Of a DNA stretch of 64,000 nucleotides, positions 13,601 through 27,974 are shown piece by piece (within the stretch, counting starts at the first letter, position 1; every line of letters starts with the position of its first letter). Made by a program: the position numbers and the translations under genes. Where the stretch lies: the NCBI RefSeq assembly GCF_009914755.1, contig NC_060941.1; one strand, given 5' to 3'. A model generated the notes under the pieces. It ran no database searches. It had not been told where the DNA came from and saw only the letters and a list, made by a program, of their open reading frames with translations. Source of the DNA: the human T2T-CHM13v2.0 reference genome, Homo sapiens.

Positions 13601-16600
13601 AAGAAACGGAAAAAAAATAAAATAAAAATTATGCTCTGAGAAACTACCCTTTCTGCCCCTTAAATGCTCTTTGCTTCTCTTCACAGCTGTCTGACAGTGG
13701 GAATTGGATGCTCTAACTGCAGTGAAATGACCAAGGCGTATGGAGTTACTGAGTGAGCTGTTTGTAGAGTAATATAAGCTCAAAGAATAGCTAGCTCAAG
13801 GAGTGGAAAGGGGAAAGATGGAACGCACACCTCAGGCCAATGTAGATTTTTACTCCAAATAGAATTTTCATAGCCTCTTTAATTAAAAAGATACTATGCA
13901 AGGCTGGGCAAAACTTGTCCAATTCTGAGCTACCCAAGCTAAGTCTTTACTTCATTTAAATCCTATTAAAGCACAATCTTCTCAAATATCCTTTTATGAC
14001 ATCTAGAAAGTCTTATTCTTCAATTTAATTTTATGAGAGTGTGGATTAAAAATATATATGAAAAACAAAAGGAATTATCCAAAAAGGCATTTCCTTCAGG
14101 AAAGAAAAAAAAAGTCCTCCACAAAGTAAAAGGAATATTTTAGTTTTATTATTTTTTGTTCCTCTTACACATGAGGAATAAAAAGAGAATGGAAAGTCTA
14201 AAAATCGGAATTAAAAGCTACTACTGCAGCGTATTTTAAATTTTATTCTATATAGCTTTCAGAGAGGAAAAGCGATTCTGTTATTACCCTGCATAATTTT
14301 TTTATAGCAGAGCATAGATGTGTTGCTAATCCAATGCTAAAATGACTATTTGGCTTATTCAGAATTATTTGAACCATTAACTCGCATGAGATAAGCATGA
14401 TATGCATTAATCCTTTTGTGATCTAATTCATCAGTCTTTCCAAGTTACTAAAGCTATTCTTCACAGATTCTTTATTCTTCTATCCTGAAAATATTGTGTT
14501 TTGTTTATTCTGCTTATCACAAATCACAGAGAAGTTTCATTTGCTTTCTTACTATTTCCTTTTAAAAATAAAGTCACATTTATATTGTCAGGTAAAATAC
14601 CTACACAGAGGAACCAAGAAGAATCGGCAATAATAAGTGGTTTTGAGACTGGAAAGAGAAGCAGTAGAGAAAGTGGACAAGCAGTGATGAAAATTTACTT
14701 GACTACACAATGGATTTGCATGGGAAATATTGCCCTGACCATTCCATATTTGGGTAGGTACTATTTGGTAATTGGTGTTCATTCATTAGTGGGTATGATC
14801 TAAATATGGATTTCAAAATACACTATGAAAGAAATTCCAGATCAGACTTTTGACTTGAATGGAATATTTCCATAAGCTAAAGATCTACAGCTGTTCATTA
14901 ATTTCAGACCAACATTTTTGGAAAGTCTCAAACCACTCCATATTTCCATGAGGAGTGCCTAGAAATGAACCTAGAATAAAACATGCTCATTTTTACAGGC
15001 ACCTCCGAGCTTACAGTTTCTTATCTGTAAAGGGCAACATTATGCTTACTATCTTCATAGGATTAAGAGCAGAAAAATCATATGGAACTTCTACCCAGAA
15101 ATTTCTTTCATAAGAAGCACAAAATACTTAGTGAGATTTTGTTTAAGTCTGTCCTTGGGCATGATAAATCAAAACTACATCTGTGTATGAGACATGGATC
15201 CTGTATTATAAAGGAAATCTTCAGAAAGTCTAGGCTTTTCTTGTTGAAGGATAAAGCTTAGTTAACATTATTTGGGGATGATCTAGCTAGAGAGCAACCA
15301 CTATAGAAAATTATTACTTGCTTAATCAGGACTTGTGCTATTTCAGATAACATTAATGTAGGAGTGAAAGAATCTTATTTACTGATTTTTTATTAGTAGG
15401 CAAACCAGAATTTTAACAAGATATTGGAAATGTTTAAAAATATTAATGCATTTTTGAGCTTTCCATTTCTACCATTTTAAAAAGAACTTGTGTTTTATAG
15501 TGTCCTGTGTTAATAAAAAGCTATTCTTACTTATACATAAAATAAAGATGCTAGAGATCTATTTTATTAGCCTAAGCTAGTATAACGTATATTTAAAATA
15601 ATTTTAAATATTTTTCTTAGAAATTATAAAAGTTAAAATTGAAAATTTAATTGATTTCTTCCCAATTTATAATAATTATTCCTGTATTCTACCAACCAAC
15701 ATTTATTTAGTTTCTATTGATTTATCAGAGTAGTCATTTGATCACACTAGAGTGGGATTAAAAAATAAGCACAATTTTTTTAATTTCAAATATCTTGCAG
15801 CCTCGGAGGAAGAAAAAGATATGGGCATATGTAATTATATAACAAAATAGAACCAGAAATTTTAGAAAATGTGATATGTGAGTTATATAAGGGAAGCATG
15901 CCATTTGGGGAATCAAAAAAAGAACAAGATTACAGAAGAAATGTGAGATTACTCAGTTCTTTCTTTTTTCTGGTCATGGAAAGGTTCAGACTGAACACTG
16001 AAAATTTTTTGGAGACCAGCTGAAAAACCATGCCATGGTCATAATTTGTCATTTTACTTTTTATCCTCACTAATATTCATGAGTCCTCAATCTTTATTTT
16101 TAGATTCCATATCTAAAGTTAATACTCAAGATTATCGATGGTATTCTAAACTAAGTTTTGTACAATGCACTTTTCTGAACATCTAAGTTATCTGAAAACA
16201 ACAGTTGTGACCTTCATTACTGTTATAGATACAGAGATTAATAAGAACTGATATAGAGGTGGGTAAAACCATTGATATAGAGATTCGTAAGACTCCTGGT
16301 CTTAGAGGAGGTCCATCCATTAAAGGAAGTGGATTCAAGAACATATAAATCTAATATACTGTAATAGCACAATGTACTGGGTGATCAAAAAGAGGCCCTT
16401 GTTTGAAAATATCACACATTTCTGAAAACCATGTCTTAAAACAAAAAGTGAAATATCTAGCATAGTGTGCTAATCTTTTCACCTCTGAAGACAATAGAAA
16501 AGATTAAATTAGTAAGTAAAGGAGAGAAGTAATAAAGAAAAAAAAAACAGAAATCTAAAACCAAAAACTTAGTAAGCAGTACTAAAAGAATGTGTCAAAA

Positions 16601-17864
16601 CATGAAGGCCAGCTTATCAAGAGACCATCCAAATGCTACCTATATAAAAATGAGGAAAAATGCAAGCATGGCTATTGGGAATCACAAGGACAGAATTTCA
16701 CTCATATCACTTCAGGCTGATGTGGTCAAATTGATTAGGAAATGCTGGAAAATGGGTCTGCAGAGTACTAGCCAATTGATGAGGCAGCATTCTACAGGGT
16801 CTCAATCTAATTTAGTATTAAATACTAATTAGCATCACCAATTTCAGTTCCTGATATAACAGAGTAATGAATACCAGATCAAACTTCCTGCCATAAACAA
16901 CTATATGACTAGAAGTTAATATTTTCAGACATGGATAAGAGAGAACACAAGGCTGTGATCTGTGAAAGAAAAACACACCAAGTGAGATCCATACTGATCC
17001 TGAATTGTTGCCAGAGGGCACATTTCGAGTCTTGACATATGGAGTGGAGCCCATGCAAGGAGGAGCATTCTCAGCTGGATGAAGGAAACACATTGGACTA
17101 CAGAGATTGTGAGGGGCAGGAATCTTTCAGCAGGGAAGAGGACAGGAGGACGCTCTGCAGATAAGGAGCTCCAGAAATCTGCCTACGAGTCTCCTAGACT
17201 GTAGTGAGTATTACAGTGTACATAAGCAAGGCTAGACTTTGTGAGGTCTAGCAGAGAATAACTTCTGGGGAATTGTGAGCTGAATAGAGTTTCTGAAGCC
17301 TGCATAATATGGGGAAATACTGTAGTTCTGACATTCAGAGTGGAGAGACTTTCCTAATGCCTCAAGCATTCAGCTGAAATTTCATAAAAATTGCAAATAA
17401 AGAATAGGGATACACGAGCCTTAAAGTAGTCTTTAGACCCATTCTAACAAAGCCAAATCCAAGTCTCCACAGCATAAATCTGATTCTCCAGAAAATTAAC
17501 TATCCTCTGTTAGAAAGAGACAATGCTTTTTAAAGAAAGACAATAATATTTCAGCTCTAAATATGAAGTGACCACAATGTACATCAGAAAATAAAATAAC
17601 TACTAGAATGTGAAGCAGGAAAATATGACACATAATTGGGAAGTATAATGTCAACAGATGTGGATAAGACTGATGCTGTAATTAGCAGATAAAGATTATA
17701 AAAGTAGCTATCATAAATATGTTCAATTTTTCTCTTCAAAAAGATAAAGTAAGCATATACTTATTTCCTTGATGAGATTATATAATCTCATTAAAGAAAA
17801 ACTACAAAAAAGAATAGAAATTCTACAACTGAAAACTACAAGATAAATTTTTAAAGAAATTATA

Positions 17865-18245
<381 letters not shown>

Positions 18246-19131
18246 TCATACAAACTAAAACAAAACAAAAAACTGTAACAAAAAAAAAGAAAGAAAAGAG
18301 CTTCAATGATCTGTGAGACAATGTCAAATAGTCCAAATAGTCTAATGTATAATTGAAATGCTAGAAGGAGAAGAGAGAGAAAAATTTGGCAAAAATATTA
18401 TTTGAAGAATTAATGATCCAGCTGCTGAAAACTTATTTTACTATTTTACCGAAAATAAAATTTTAAAAGCTGTCAGAAAAGGTACATTACATACAAGAGA
18501 AAAATGATAAGAGTTGTTGCTGACTTATCAGAAACAAGGCAAGTAAGAAGAAAAGGGGACATGATAGGGCTGAAAAAAACTCTTGTTCAGCCCAGACTTC
18601 TATACCCAACAAAATATCTTTCAAATATAAAGGTAAAATAAAGACATTTCAGTAAAAAACTAAAATGAGGAGAATTTTAAAGGCAAGAAATGTCATAATA
18701 TTTTTATGTTAAAGGACGATGGAACACATATCTAGTTGAAAGAATGAATTGCACAAGAAATGGTAAAATGTATAGGTAAATAAAACTTGTGTTTCTTGGA
18801 GAGTTAATATTTTGAAGAGAGACTGCAGTAAGTTAAACATGCACATTATAATCTCTAGATTAATAAATAGTAACCTAAAAAGGCATGGCAAAAATGTCAA
18901 TAAAGGAGAGGAAATAGAATACTAAAGATTATTCAGTTCACCAAAAAGGAGGTAGAAAAGGAGAAGTTGAAGTAACAGAGCAAACAGAACAAATAGAAAG
19001 CAAAAATGAAATAACAAAGAGAAAATATAGAAAAGTAGAAAATAAAATCATAGTGTGCTTAATCTAAATTGTAAATAATTACATTAAGTGTCAACAGACT
19101 AAATGGCCCACTTAAAAGGCAAAGACTGTCA

Positions 19132-19650
<519 letters not shown>

Positions 19651-22124
19651 AGCAAGAGTCAACTATATGCTGTTTATAAGGAATATTCTTTAAACACAAA
19701 GACACAGGTCAAAAGGAAAGGGATGGAGAAAACATCATGAAGATGTTAATCATGTAGAAGCCAATATAGTTATATAGATACCTTACAAATTAGACTTCAC
19801 CAAGTAATGCATTATCATAGATAATGATGCATATTTTATAATGTTGAAAGTGACAACTCATCAAGAAGACATAAATCTTAAATGTGCATTCATTTCACAG
19901 AAAATCTCTCAAACTCTCAAAGTTTCTAAACTAAAGGGAGAATTAGATTTGTTCACAATCGTAGTTAAAAACAGTAACACCAGTCTTTCAGTAATTGTTG
20001 GAAGAAATGAACAAAAGTCTGTAAGATATAGCAGTTTTGAATAACATTATAAATCATCTTGACCTAATTAAAACATTACACATAAGAACTGCAGGATACA
20101 TATTCTTTTCAAGATAGATCATCTACTAGTTTATTTCAGACTATCAATAATCACATAGATTGCATTCTCTGGCCAAACTGTCATACATTAAAAGTTAATC
20201 ATTATTTTAAGAAAATACGCACATATTTAGAAATTAAACAACACAGTTCTAAAATACTTATGTGTCAGACAAGGAAGCCCAATGGAAATTTTTAAAAATT
20301 ACTGAACATAAGGAAAATACAAACACTATGTATTAAAATTTGTAGAATGCAGTTAAAGCAGTTCGTCTGGGGGAAATTTATAGTGTTACATGTCTACATT
20401 AGAAAGGAAAATAAAAGCTATAAAAGCAATGGTCTAAGATTTCATCTTAAGAAGATAAAATAAAAAACAAATTAAATTGAAAGTAAATGAAAGGGAATGT
20501 TAAAAATGAGAGTGAAAAAAAGACAAAAAAAAGGAAATCAACAAGATCAAAATTTGAAGAAAAGATTAGTAAAATTGATTAATAAAACTCATCACGATAA
20601 AAAGGTAAAACAAGAATCAGCAGTATCAGAAGCAAAAGAAGGGACCTTTCTACAGACATTATAAAGATGATAAAGAAATATTATATAATTTTATGCTAAT
20701 TAGTTTTACAATATAGATTAAATGGGCAGATTCCATGAAACAAAACTTAGCAAAACTAATAGAACAGGAAATGGAAAGTGTGACCAACCCTGTATACATT
20801 TTAGAAACTTAATTTTAATTAAATATTTCTTAGGCACAAATGGCTTCACTGGTGAATACTATCAAATATTTAAGAGCTGTACAATATCCATTTAGCATAT
20901 TCTTTTTCAGAGAATAGAGATGGAAATCTTCGCATTTTATTTTATGAAAATAGCATATCTTTGATACCAAATCCAGACAAAGGGGAAAAAAACCCCTCAA
21001 AATCCTGACCAATACCTCTCATGAACCCAGACACAAAAATTCTTAACAAAATATTAGTAAACAAAACCCAATAACACATTTTTTTAAAAAAAGGTTCTAT
21101 ATAATGACTAAATGAATTTAGTACAGGAATTCAAGCTTGGCTAAATATACAAAATTAAATTAATGGGATTTACTCCATTAAAATATTAAAGAAAAAAAGC
21201 ATATAATCATTTAGATTGGCTCAAAAAATCTATTTTTAAAAACTAAACAGTCAATCATGGAAAAATTCTTAGCAAACTAGAAATGGGGGGAAGTCTTCAA
21301 ACTAATACAATGTATCTGCTAAAAACTTATAGCTAATGACATAAATGATTATAAAATATTCAACACTTTTCTTCTGAGATCTAGAAAAAGACACAGATGT
21401 ATATTGACAGCATTTCATTTAATATTTTACTAGAGGTCCTAGATAGTTCAGTAAAGTAATAAAAATAAATGGCATAGAGATTGTAAAGAGGTAAAGCCAT
21501 TGTTGTTTATAGACACTGTGATTGTGAACACATACAGTTCTAAGAAATCCGCAGAAGAAAAATTCCTGTGAAACTAAAGTGAATTCACTAATACTGCAGA
21601 ATACAATCCAATCTAGAAAAAAATTCGGATTCTATATACCGGCAATAAACATTTGAAAAATAAAAACAAAAATGTCATTCAAAATATTCAAATCATAAAA
21701 CTTTTAGGGTTAAATTTAATGGGTGGTGTGCAAGAATGCTCTGCTGACACAATTAAAATATTGCTGAGAGAAATTCAAGAAAGTCCAAATAAATGGAATG
21801 ATATACCATGCTTAGGGTTTGGAAGGCTCAGTATTAATAAAAAGTCTTTTATCTTTAAATAGATCTAAAAATTCAATGTAATTCTTATCAAAGTCTCAGA
21901 AGCCTTGTATTTTTAACAGAAACAAATGGATTCTAAAGTTTATATAATAATTCAAATAATCTAAAATGGCCAGAACAATCTAAAGAACAAAGTTGGATAA
22001 CTTAAAAACTTACCGTAAAGCTTCAGTAATCAAAATAGTGAGGTATTCACATTAATATAAGCAAATAGATCAATGGAACAGAATTAAGAGCCCAGAAATA
22101 GATCCATGCTTACATACTCATATC

Positions 22125-22136
22125 TGTGTGTGTGTC

Positions 22137-22172
<36 letters not shown>

Positions 22173-22179
22173 TGTGTGT
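22125..22179. repeat. Interrupted (TG)n microsatellite inside L1M
   Basis: Seen directly. Confidence 0.95.
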
Positions 22180-22487
22180 ATGCAAAGGTACCAAAGCAAT
22201 ACAATGGGGAAAATAAGCTCTTTCCAACAAATGGTGCTGCTGCAACTAGATATTCATATAGGAAAAAATAAGCAAACTTTAACCTCTACTTCATATCATA
22301 TCATTTTCAATGAACCAGGATAACTAAAACTATAAAAAGTATACAAAAAATGTACAAAAAGATCTTTTTGGTCTTAAGGTAGGCAATAATATCTGAGGCA
22401 GAACACAATAGGCATTAACCATTAATTGAAAAATGAATAAATTATATTTCATCAAAATGAAAAATCTTCTCCTCATTAAAAGGCCTT

Positions 22488-22971
22488 TGCAATGTAAAGC
22501 TATTTGTTGCTCCATGGTTGCCTGAATGCCAGCACCCACCCCCACTTGTTTTGAACTTTTACCTAGTCATTGCCCATCTCTGGGTACTCATCCCTAACAT
22601 GTATATTTTCAAGCAATAAGTCTCATGATGACTTCACCATTTTACCCCTTCTTTCCTTTCCATAGTAACTCAGTTACATTCAAATTACCCATAAGAAGGC
22701 TTCCTGCATGCCACAGCTACTTCACCCATGACCCTCAGTAAAGCCACTTGCCTAGAGGTCCTTATTCTGTTTCCTCCCTGCCTGCCACAAACGTTTGGCT
22801 TTTGGGTGACTTTGCATGGCCCTCTGAGCATGTGGTGTCTCCTTCTCTAGGACCTATGAGTATAATAAATCCTTTAATTTCTTATGCCTCTCCAGATATA
22901 ATTTCCGTGACCATACTGGAGTGAACCTTAAAGACCCCACAAGGGGTATTTCCTCCCCCACTTATGACACA
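22488..22971 (+). mobile_element. Solo ERV LTR (ERVL class; MER54/MER73/MER74 group is tentative)
   Basis: TG...CA termini, perfect 5-bp TSD gcctt (22483-22487 and 22972-22976), AATAAA at ~22864. It interrupts collinear L1 sequence. Confidence 0.8.
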
Positions 22972-23088
22972 GCCTTAATGAGAAATAAGCCTGTAACAGA
23001 TAGAAAAAAGTATTTGCAAAACATATATCTGACAAAGAACTTGTACTCAGAACAAATATCTTAGTAATACAAAATAAACATCTTAATA

Positions 23089-24631
23089 TTTTTTAAACTT
23101 TTATTTTATATTTAGGGGTACATGTGAATATTTATTATATAGGTAAATTTGTGTCATTGGGGTTTGTTGTACAGATTATTTCATCACCCAGGTATTAAAC
23201 CTAGTACCCAATAGCTATCTTTTCTGCTCCTCTCCCTTCTCTTCCCCAATCAAATAGACCCCAGTGCCTGTTGTTTTCTTCTTTGTGTTCATGACTTCTC
23301 ATCATTTAGCTCCCATTTATAAGTTAGAATACATGGTATTTGGTTTTCTATTCCTGCATTTCATAAGAATGAAAACAGAAATCTCACGAACGTCTCAATA
23401 AATCATCTATGTCTAGAATACCCCTTCTCTGTCTCCTGAGTTCAATAATATATTCTACTTAAATAACTGAGAATGGACGGCAGGCCTTATTTGTTTACAT
23501 GGATTCCATGAAACGCAGGAGCTACATTTTCTGTTACTGCTATTGTTTGTTAGGGATTAGTACCCAGAGATGAGTACCCAGCGCCATCCGCGATCCTGCA
23601 AAAGACACGGTCCTGTTTTTTAAGACTGCATAGTATCCCATGGTATATTTGTACCTCATTTTCTTTATCCAATCTGTCATTGATGGGCATTTAGATTGAT
23701 TCCAAGTCTTTGCTTCTTTGCTATTGTGAATAGTGCTGCAATGAAAGTTCACATGCATGTGTCTTTATGTTAGAATGATCTATATTCTTCTGGGTATATA
23801 CCCAGTAATGGGATTGCTGGGTTGAATTCTAGTTCTGCTTTTAGCTCTTTGAGGAATCCTCATACTGCTTTCCACAATGGTTGAACTAATTTACACCCCC
23901 ACCAACAGTGTATAAGTGTTTCCTTTTCTCCACACCCTCGCCAGCATCTGTTATTTTTTGACTTTTTAATAAAAGCCATTCTGACTGGTGTGAGATGGTA
24001 TTTCATTGTGGTTTTCATTTGCATTTCTCCAGTGATCAGTAATGTTGATCTTTTATTCACATGATTGTTGGCTGTATGTGTGTCTTCTTTTGAAAAGTGT
24101 CCCTTCATGTCCTTTGCCCACTTTTTAATGGGGTTGCTTTTCTTTTATACATTTAAGTTCCTTATATATATTGGGTATTAAACCTTTGTCAAACACACAG
24201 TTTGCAAATATTTTCCTCCATTCTGTAGGTTGTCTATTTACTGAGAGTTTCTTTTGCTGTGCAGAAGCTCTTAAGTTTAATTAGATCCCATTTGTCAATT
24301 TTGCTTTTGTTGCAATTGATTTTGGTGTCTTTGTCACAAAATCTCTGCCTGTTCCTATGTCTAGGATGGTATTGCCTAGGTTGTCTTCCAGGGTTTTTAT
24401 AGTTTTAGATTTTCAGTTGAAGTCTTTAATCTATCTTGAGTTGGTTTTTGTATATGGTATAAGGAAGGGGTCCAGCTTCAATCTTCTGCACATGGCTAGC
24501 CAGTTTTCCCAGTGCCATTTATTGAATAGGGAGTCCTTTCCCCATTGCTTGTTTTTGTCAGCTTTGTTGAAGATCAGATAGTTGTAGGTGTGCAGCATCA
24601 TTTCTCGACTTTCTCTTCCGTTCCATTGACC
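23089..24631 (-). mobile_element. 5'-truncated older L1PA (L1PA13-16 type) carrying a foreign insert at 23361-23580
   Basis: T-tract, then antisense 3' UTR 'acagattatttcatcacccaggtattaaacctagtacccaatag'. ORF2 C-terminal remnants ('[35 protein letters not shown]'). Confidence 0.92.
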
Positions 24632-26349
24632 AGTTACTTCACAAACAGTTATTTACAACTAGACAACATGCACGTGAAAAACTATTCAGCATCATTAGCC
24701 ATCAGGGAAAATGCACATTAAAAACACAATTGATTATCACTACACACCCAATGGAATAGATAAAATTGAAAACACTGGTGACACCAAATGCTGGTGAGGT
24801 GAAACAACTCCAATACCCATACATTGCTGTTGCAAGTATAAAATGGTACTGCCATTTTGGAAGTTCTGATAGTTTCTTAAAAGGTTACAGATATACCTAC
24901 CATAAGATTCAGCCTTTTCACTGTTAAATATTTACCCAATAAATATTAAAATCTATGTTGACATAAAGACTTGCACACAAATATTCATAGTATCTTTATT
25001 GATCATAACCCCAAACTGAAACACCCCAAATGGTCATCAAAAATCAAAAGGAAAATAGATAAACTGTGATAGAATCGTACAGTGAAATGCTGTCTGGAAG
25101 TAAAAAGCAAAGATCGATTGACACATGCAACATGCGTGAATCTCAAAAACATGATGTTGAGCAAAAATGTCAAACAGAAAAAGAATACATATTAAAGGAC
25201 TATATTATATGAAATTCTAGGATAGGTAGAACTGACCTATGGTGAAAGGAATCAGAGCATTGATTCTCTCTGAGAGAGTGGTTGATTGAGAAAGGATCCA
25301 AGGAAATTCCCTGGGGTAATGAAAGTGTTATATCTTGGTGGAGGTGTATTACATAGACATTTACACTTGTCAAAATTCACTGAATTTTACAGCTATGGCA
25401 TATGCATTTCACTGTAAATAAATAATATTTTCATTTCTACAAGACTACCCATGTGATTAGTAATAAAACCTGATACTTGCTTCTGCCTTTCCTAGGAGAG
25501 CCATTTAATTTCTTTTCTCCCCCATTACTGGGATGTACAACAAATGATAATCAAAATAGCAGATTTTGACAGTACTGAAATTGGTCAGAACACTGGGAAG
25601 ATACTGCATAAGACAAAAGAACTCACTTAAATGATAAGAAGAAATGGGCTGAATTCAGAAAACCAGCTGAATTTATTTAATATATTTTTCCCTAACATTT
25701 TCTACAGTAAGCCCAACATGATGTAATATATGAGGGTATTAAGAAGTTAAGGCACACTTGGAAAATTGCCATTCAGACTTATAGATTAAACAAATATCAG
25801 ATGTGGAACTACATTCTTAATCATGAAATTTTAACTTATACTGTCAGACTATACAAATTATTTGGAACATTTCCTCCCTCTTCAAACATTTAGAACTATA
25901 GGGGCCAGGTAAACATCAAGGAGAAATTATGCATAAATAATACAGGCACTGTGCTTTCACAGAGTGTTTTTCCTGGTATTTAACATTTGCCAGTGTGTCT
26001 ACTGTGTGCAACCTTCCCCCTCAGGATTTAGCTGTGGTGGCAATAAAGGCAGTGAAGTTAGGAAGACTCTCATCACTACTATCAACAGCCACATTGTGTT
26101 CAGCTTCTTGGTTGACTTAAATTGTGCAATCAGGGTCTATCCACACATTCAGCTATATTCTGTCATTTATGATGGAGCCTTTTGTGTCTATGAGTTAAAG
26201 GTGTCCAGGGAGGGAAATGTAATGCCCTGACTCATTCCAACCTTTAAAAACAAAGCATTAAGTCAAGAATATAGTAAAGAACATCCCAGTTTCACATGTT
26301 CAAACTTTGGTTGAACTAATTTGTAACTGCAAAGACCATTCCAAACTGT

Positions 26350-26635
26350 GTCTAGTGGTCAAGACTCCTTTATGTCTCTTTCTCTATTTGGAATGTTTTC
26401 TCTCTCTTTTTCCCTGATGGTTAAAGCCCTACTCTGCCCTACTCTTCACTCAAGACTGGCAAATACCACAACCTTTTCCCAATAAATTACATCATCAACT
26501 TTAGGTATTTTAAATATATTTGCTCATGTCTCTTTTTTACAGGACTAGGAGCTCATTGAGGGCAGGTATTTTGTAATATTAATCTTTGTCCCTGGGGTCT
26601 GGTTCACAGTACATGTCAAATAACTGTTTGATGAG
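26350..26635 (+). mobile_element. L2 3' end fragment
   Basis: 'gactaggagctcattgagggcaggtattttgt...atctttgtccc'. Confidence 0.55.
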
Positions 26636-27974
26636 GGACCAATGACCCGTAGAAAGCAGAAATTTTGAAATACCATCACTCCTAAAATTAGATTAGGTGC
26701 CAACTTTATAAAGATAATTTCAGCTTAAGATATTCAGTTATGTTTTAGATTATTTTTTCTCGAGTTTTCCTCTACAGTAATATTGCTTTTTATCTCAAGC
26801 CTAATCTACTTTCACATCTTTGAGTCTGCTTTCAATTTTTTATAGGAAATTTTTTTTTATATTTCATTTTAAACTCTTTTGTGTTTTATATTTGGTCACC
26901 CTTAATAGAGTGTGCCATTTATCCACCATGAAACTAACTCTGTCCAGATTACTCACCATTTTATGTTCCCTGTCAGCTTTCTTCACATCAGCAAACCTGA
27001 ACACTTTTCAAGCTATATTCCTATCTAGGGCATTCATAACAGAGAGTGGTTTCTGTCATCATGAATAACTTTTCTTTCTTTCCTAAAAACAAATTGGGGA
27101 TTATTGTACACAATCTCTCTCACATAAGGCTTTCTGATTTGTCTGATTTATTCCAGTATGATATGCAATATCAAAAGTACATTGGAAATCTTAATAAATT
27201 ATCTGTACCTAGAGTACCTCTTCTGTCTCTTGAATGCAATAATATACTCTACTTAAATAACTCTGAGAATGGATGGCAGGTCTTATTTGTTTTTGTGAAT
27301 CCCAGTTTACAAAAAAATAAAAAAGGTGTTTTTTTTTCCAGATGACTGCATATGTATTTCACCTTTTGTTTACTTTTTATTGATTTAAAGTCATATACAA
27401 AAGCAAAACAAAATAAGACACCATGTCTGGCTGTATATCAAGCATAAAAAACACTATAATTAGGTAAAGTTTCAGCAAACAATCAGCAACAAGATGGTTT
27501 AGTTCCTGGACAACAATAATGAAACTCAATGACTTTGTTAGTCCCTCACACTGTCATGATTGGAGATAAAATTTTTAAAATCCTATGCCAACAAATCAAG
27601 GACAGTAGTGTCACTGCTTGGGTGGCAGGGGAAGCTTGCCATATAAAAAGGTGAAAGACCTTTTCAACTATTTTGGTAAGAGCACCTCACCTTGATTTCT
27701 GTTCTTTTTGGCAAATATTTCCAACACGAAGTCTCTATGCAAGAGTTGACTTTGAATAGTATAACTATCATTACTATTGTATTTGATTATCTTCCCCAAA
27801 TTATTCTTATTCTAGTGTTTTTCAAGTTTTAATGAATTCTGATTCTATTAGACTACTAATGTAATGAAAGCACTCTACCCTTTCACCAAGAAATGTGCAT
27901 CTATAATTCTCTATACAATCTCACAGAATAGTATGATGGGAAAAGAGATACAAAACAAACACAAATAAGAAGAA

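Noticed and set aside
16690-16830. Short unique stretch with TGATTAG/CAATTGATG motifs before the L1M 5' end
   Set aside because: Too short and too few motifs to distinguish from background or from the L1 5' boundary.
27189-27310. Similarity to 23393-23496 explained as two independent L2 remnants
   Set aside because: The donor may end in a decayed L2-like motif, but ~84% identity is too high for independent L2 copies, and L2 was extinct before L1PA elements inserted.
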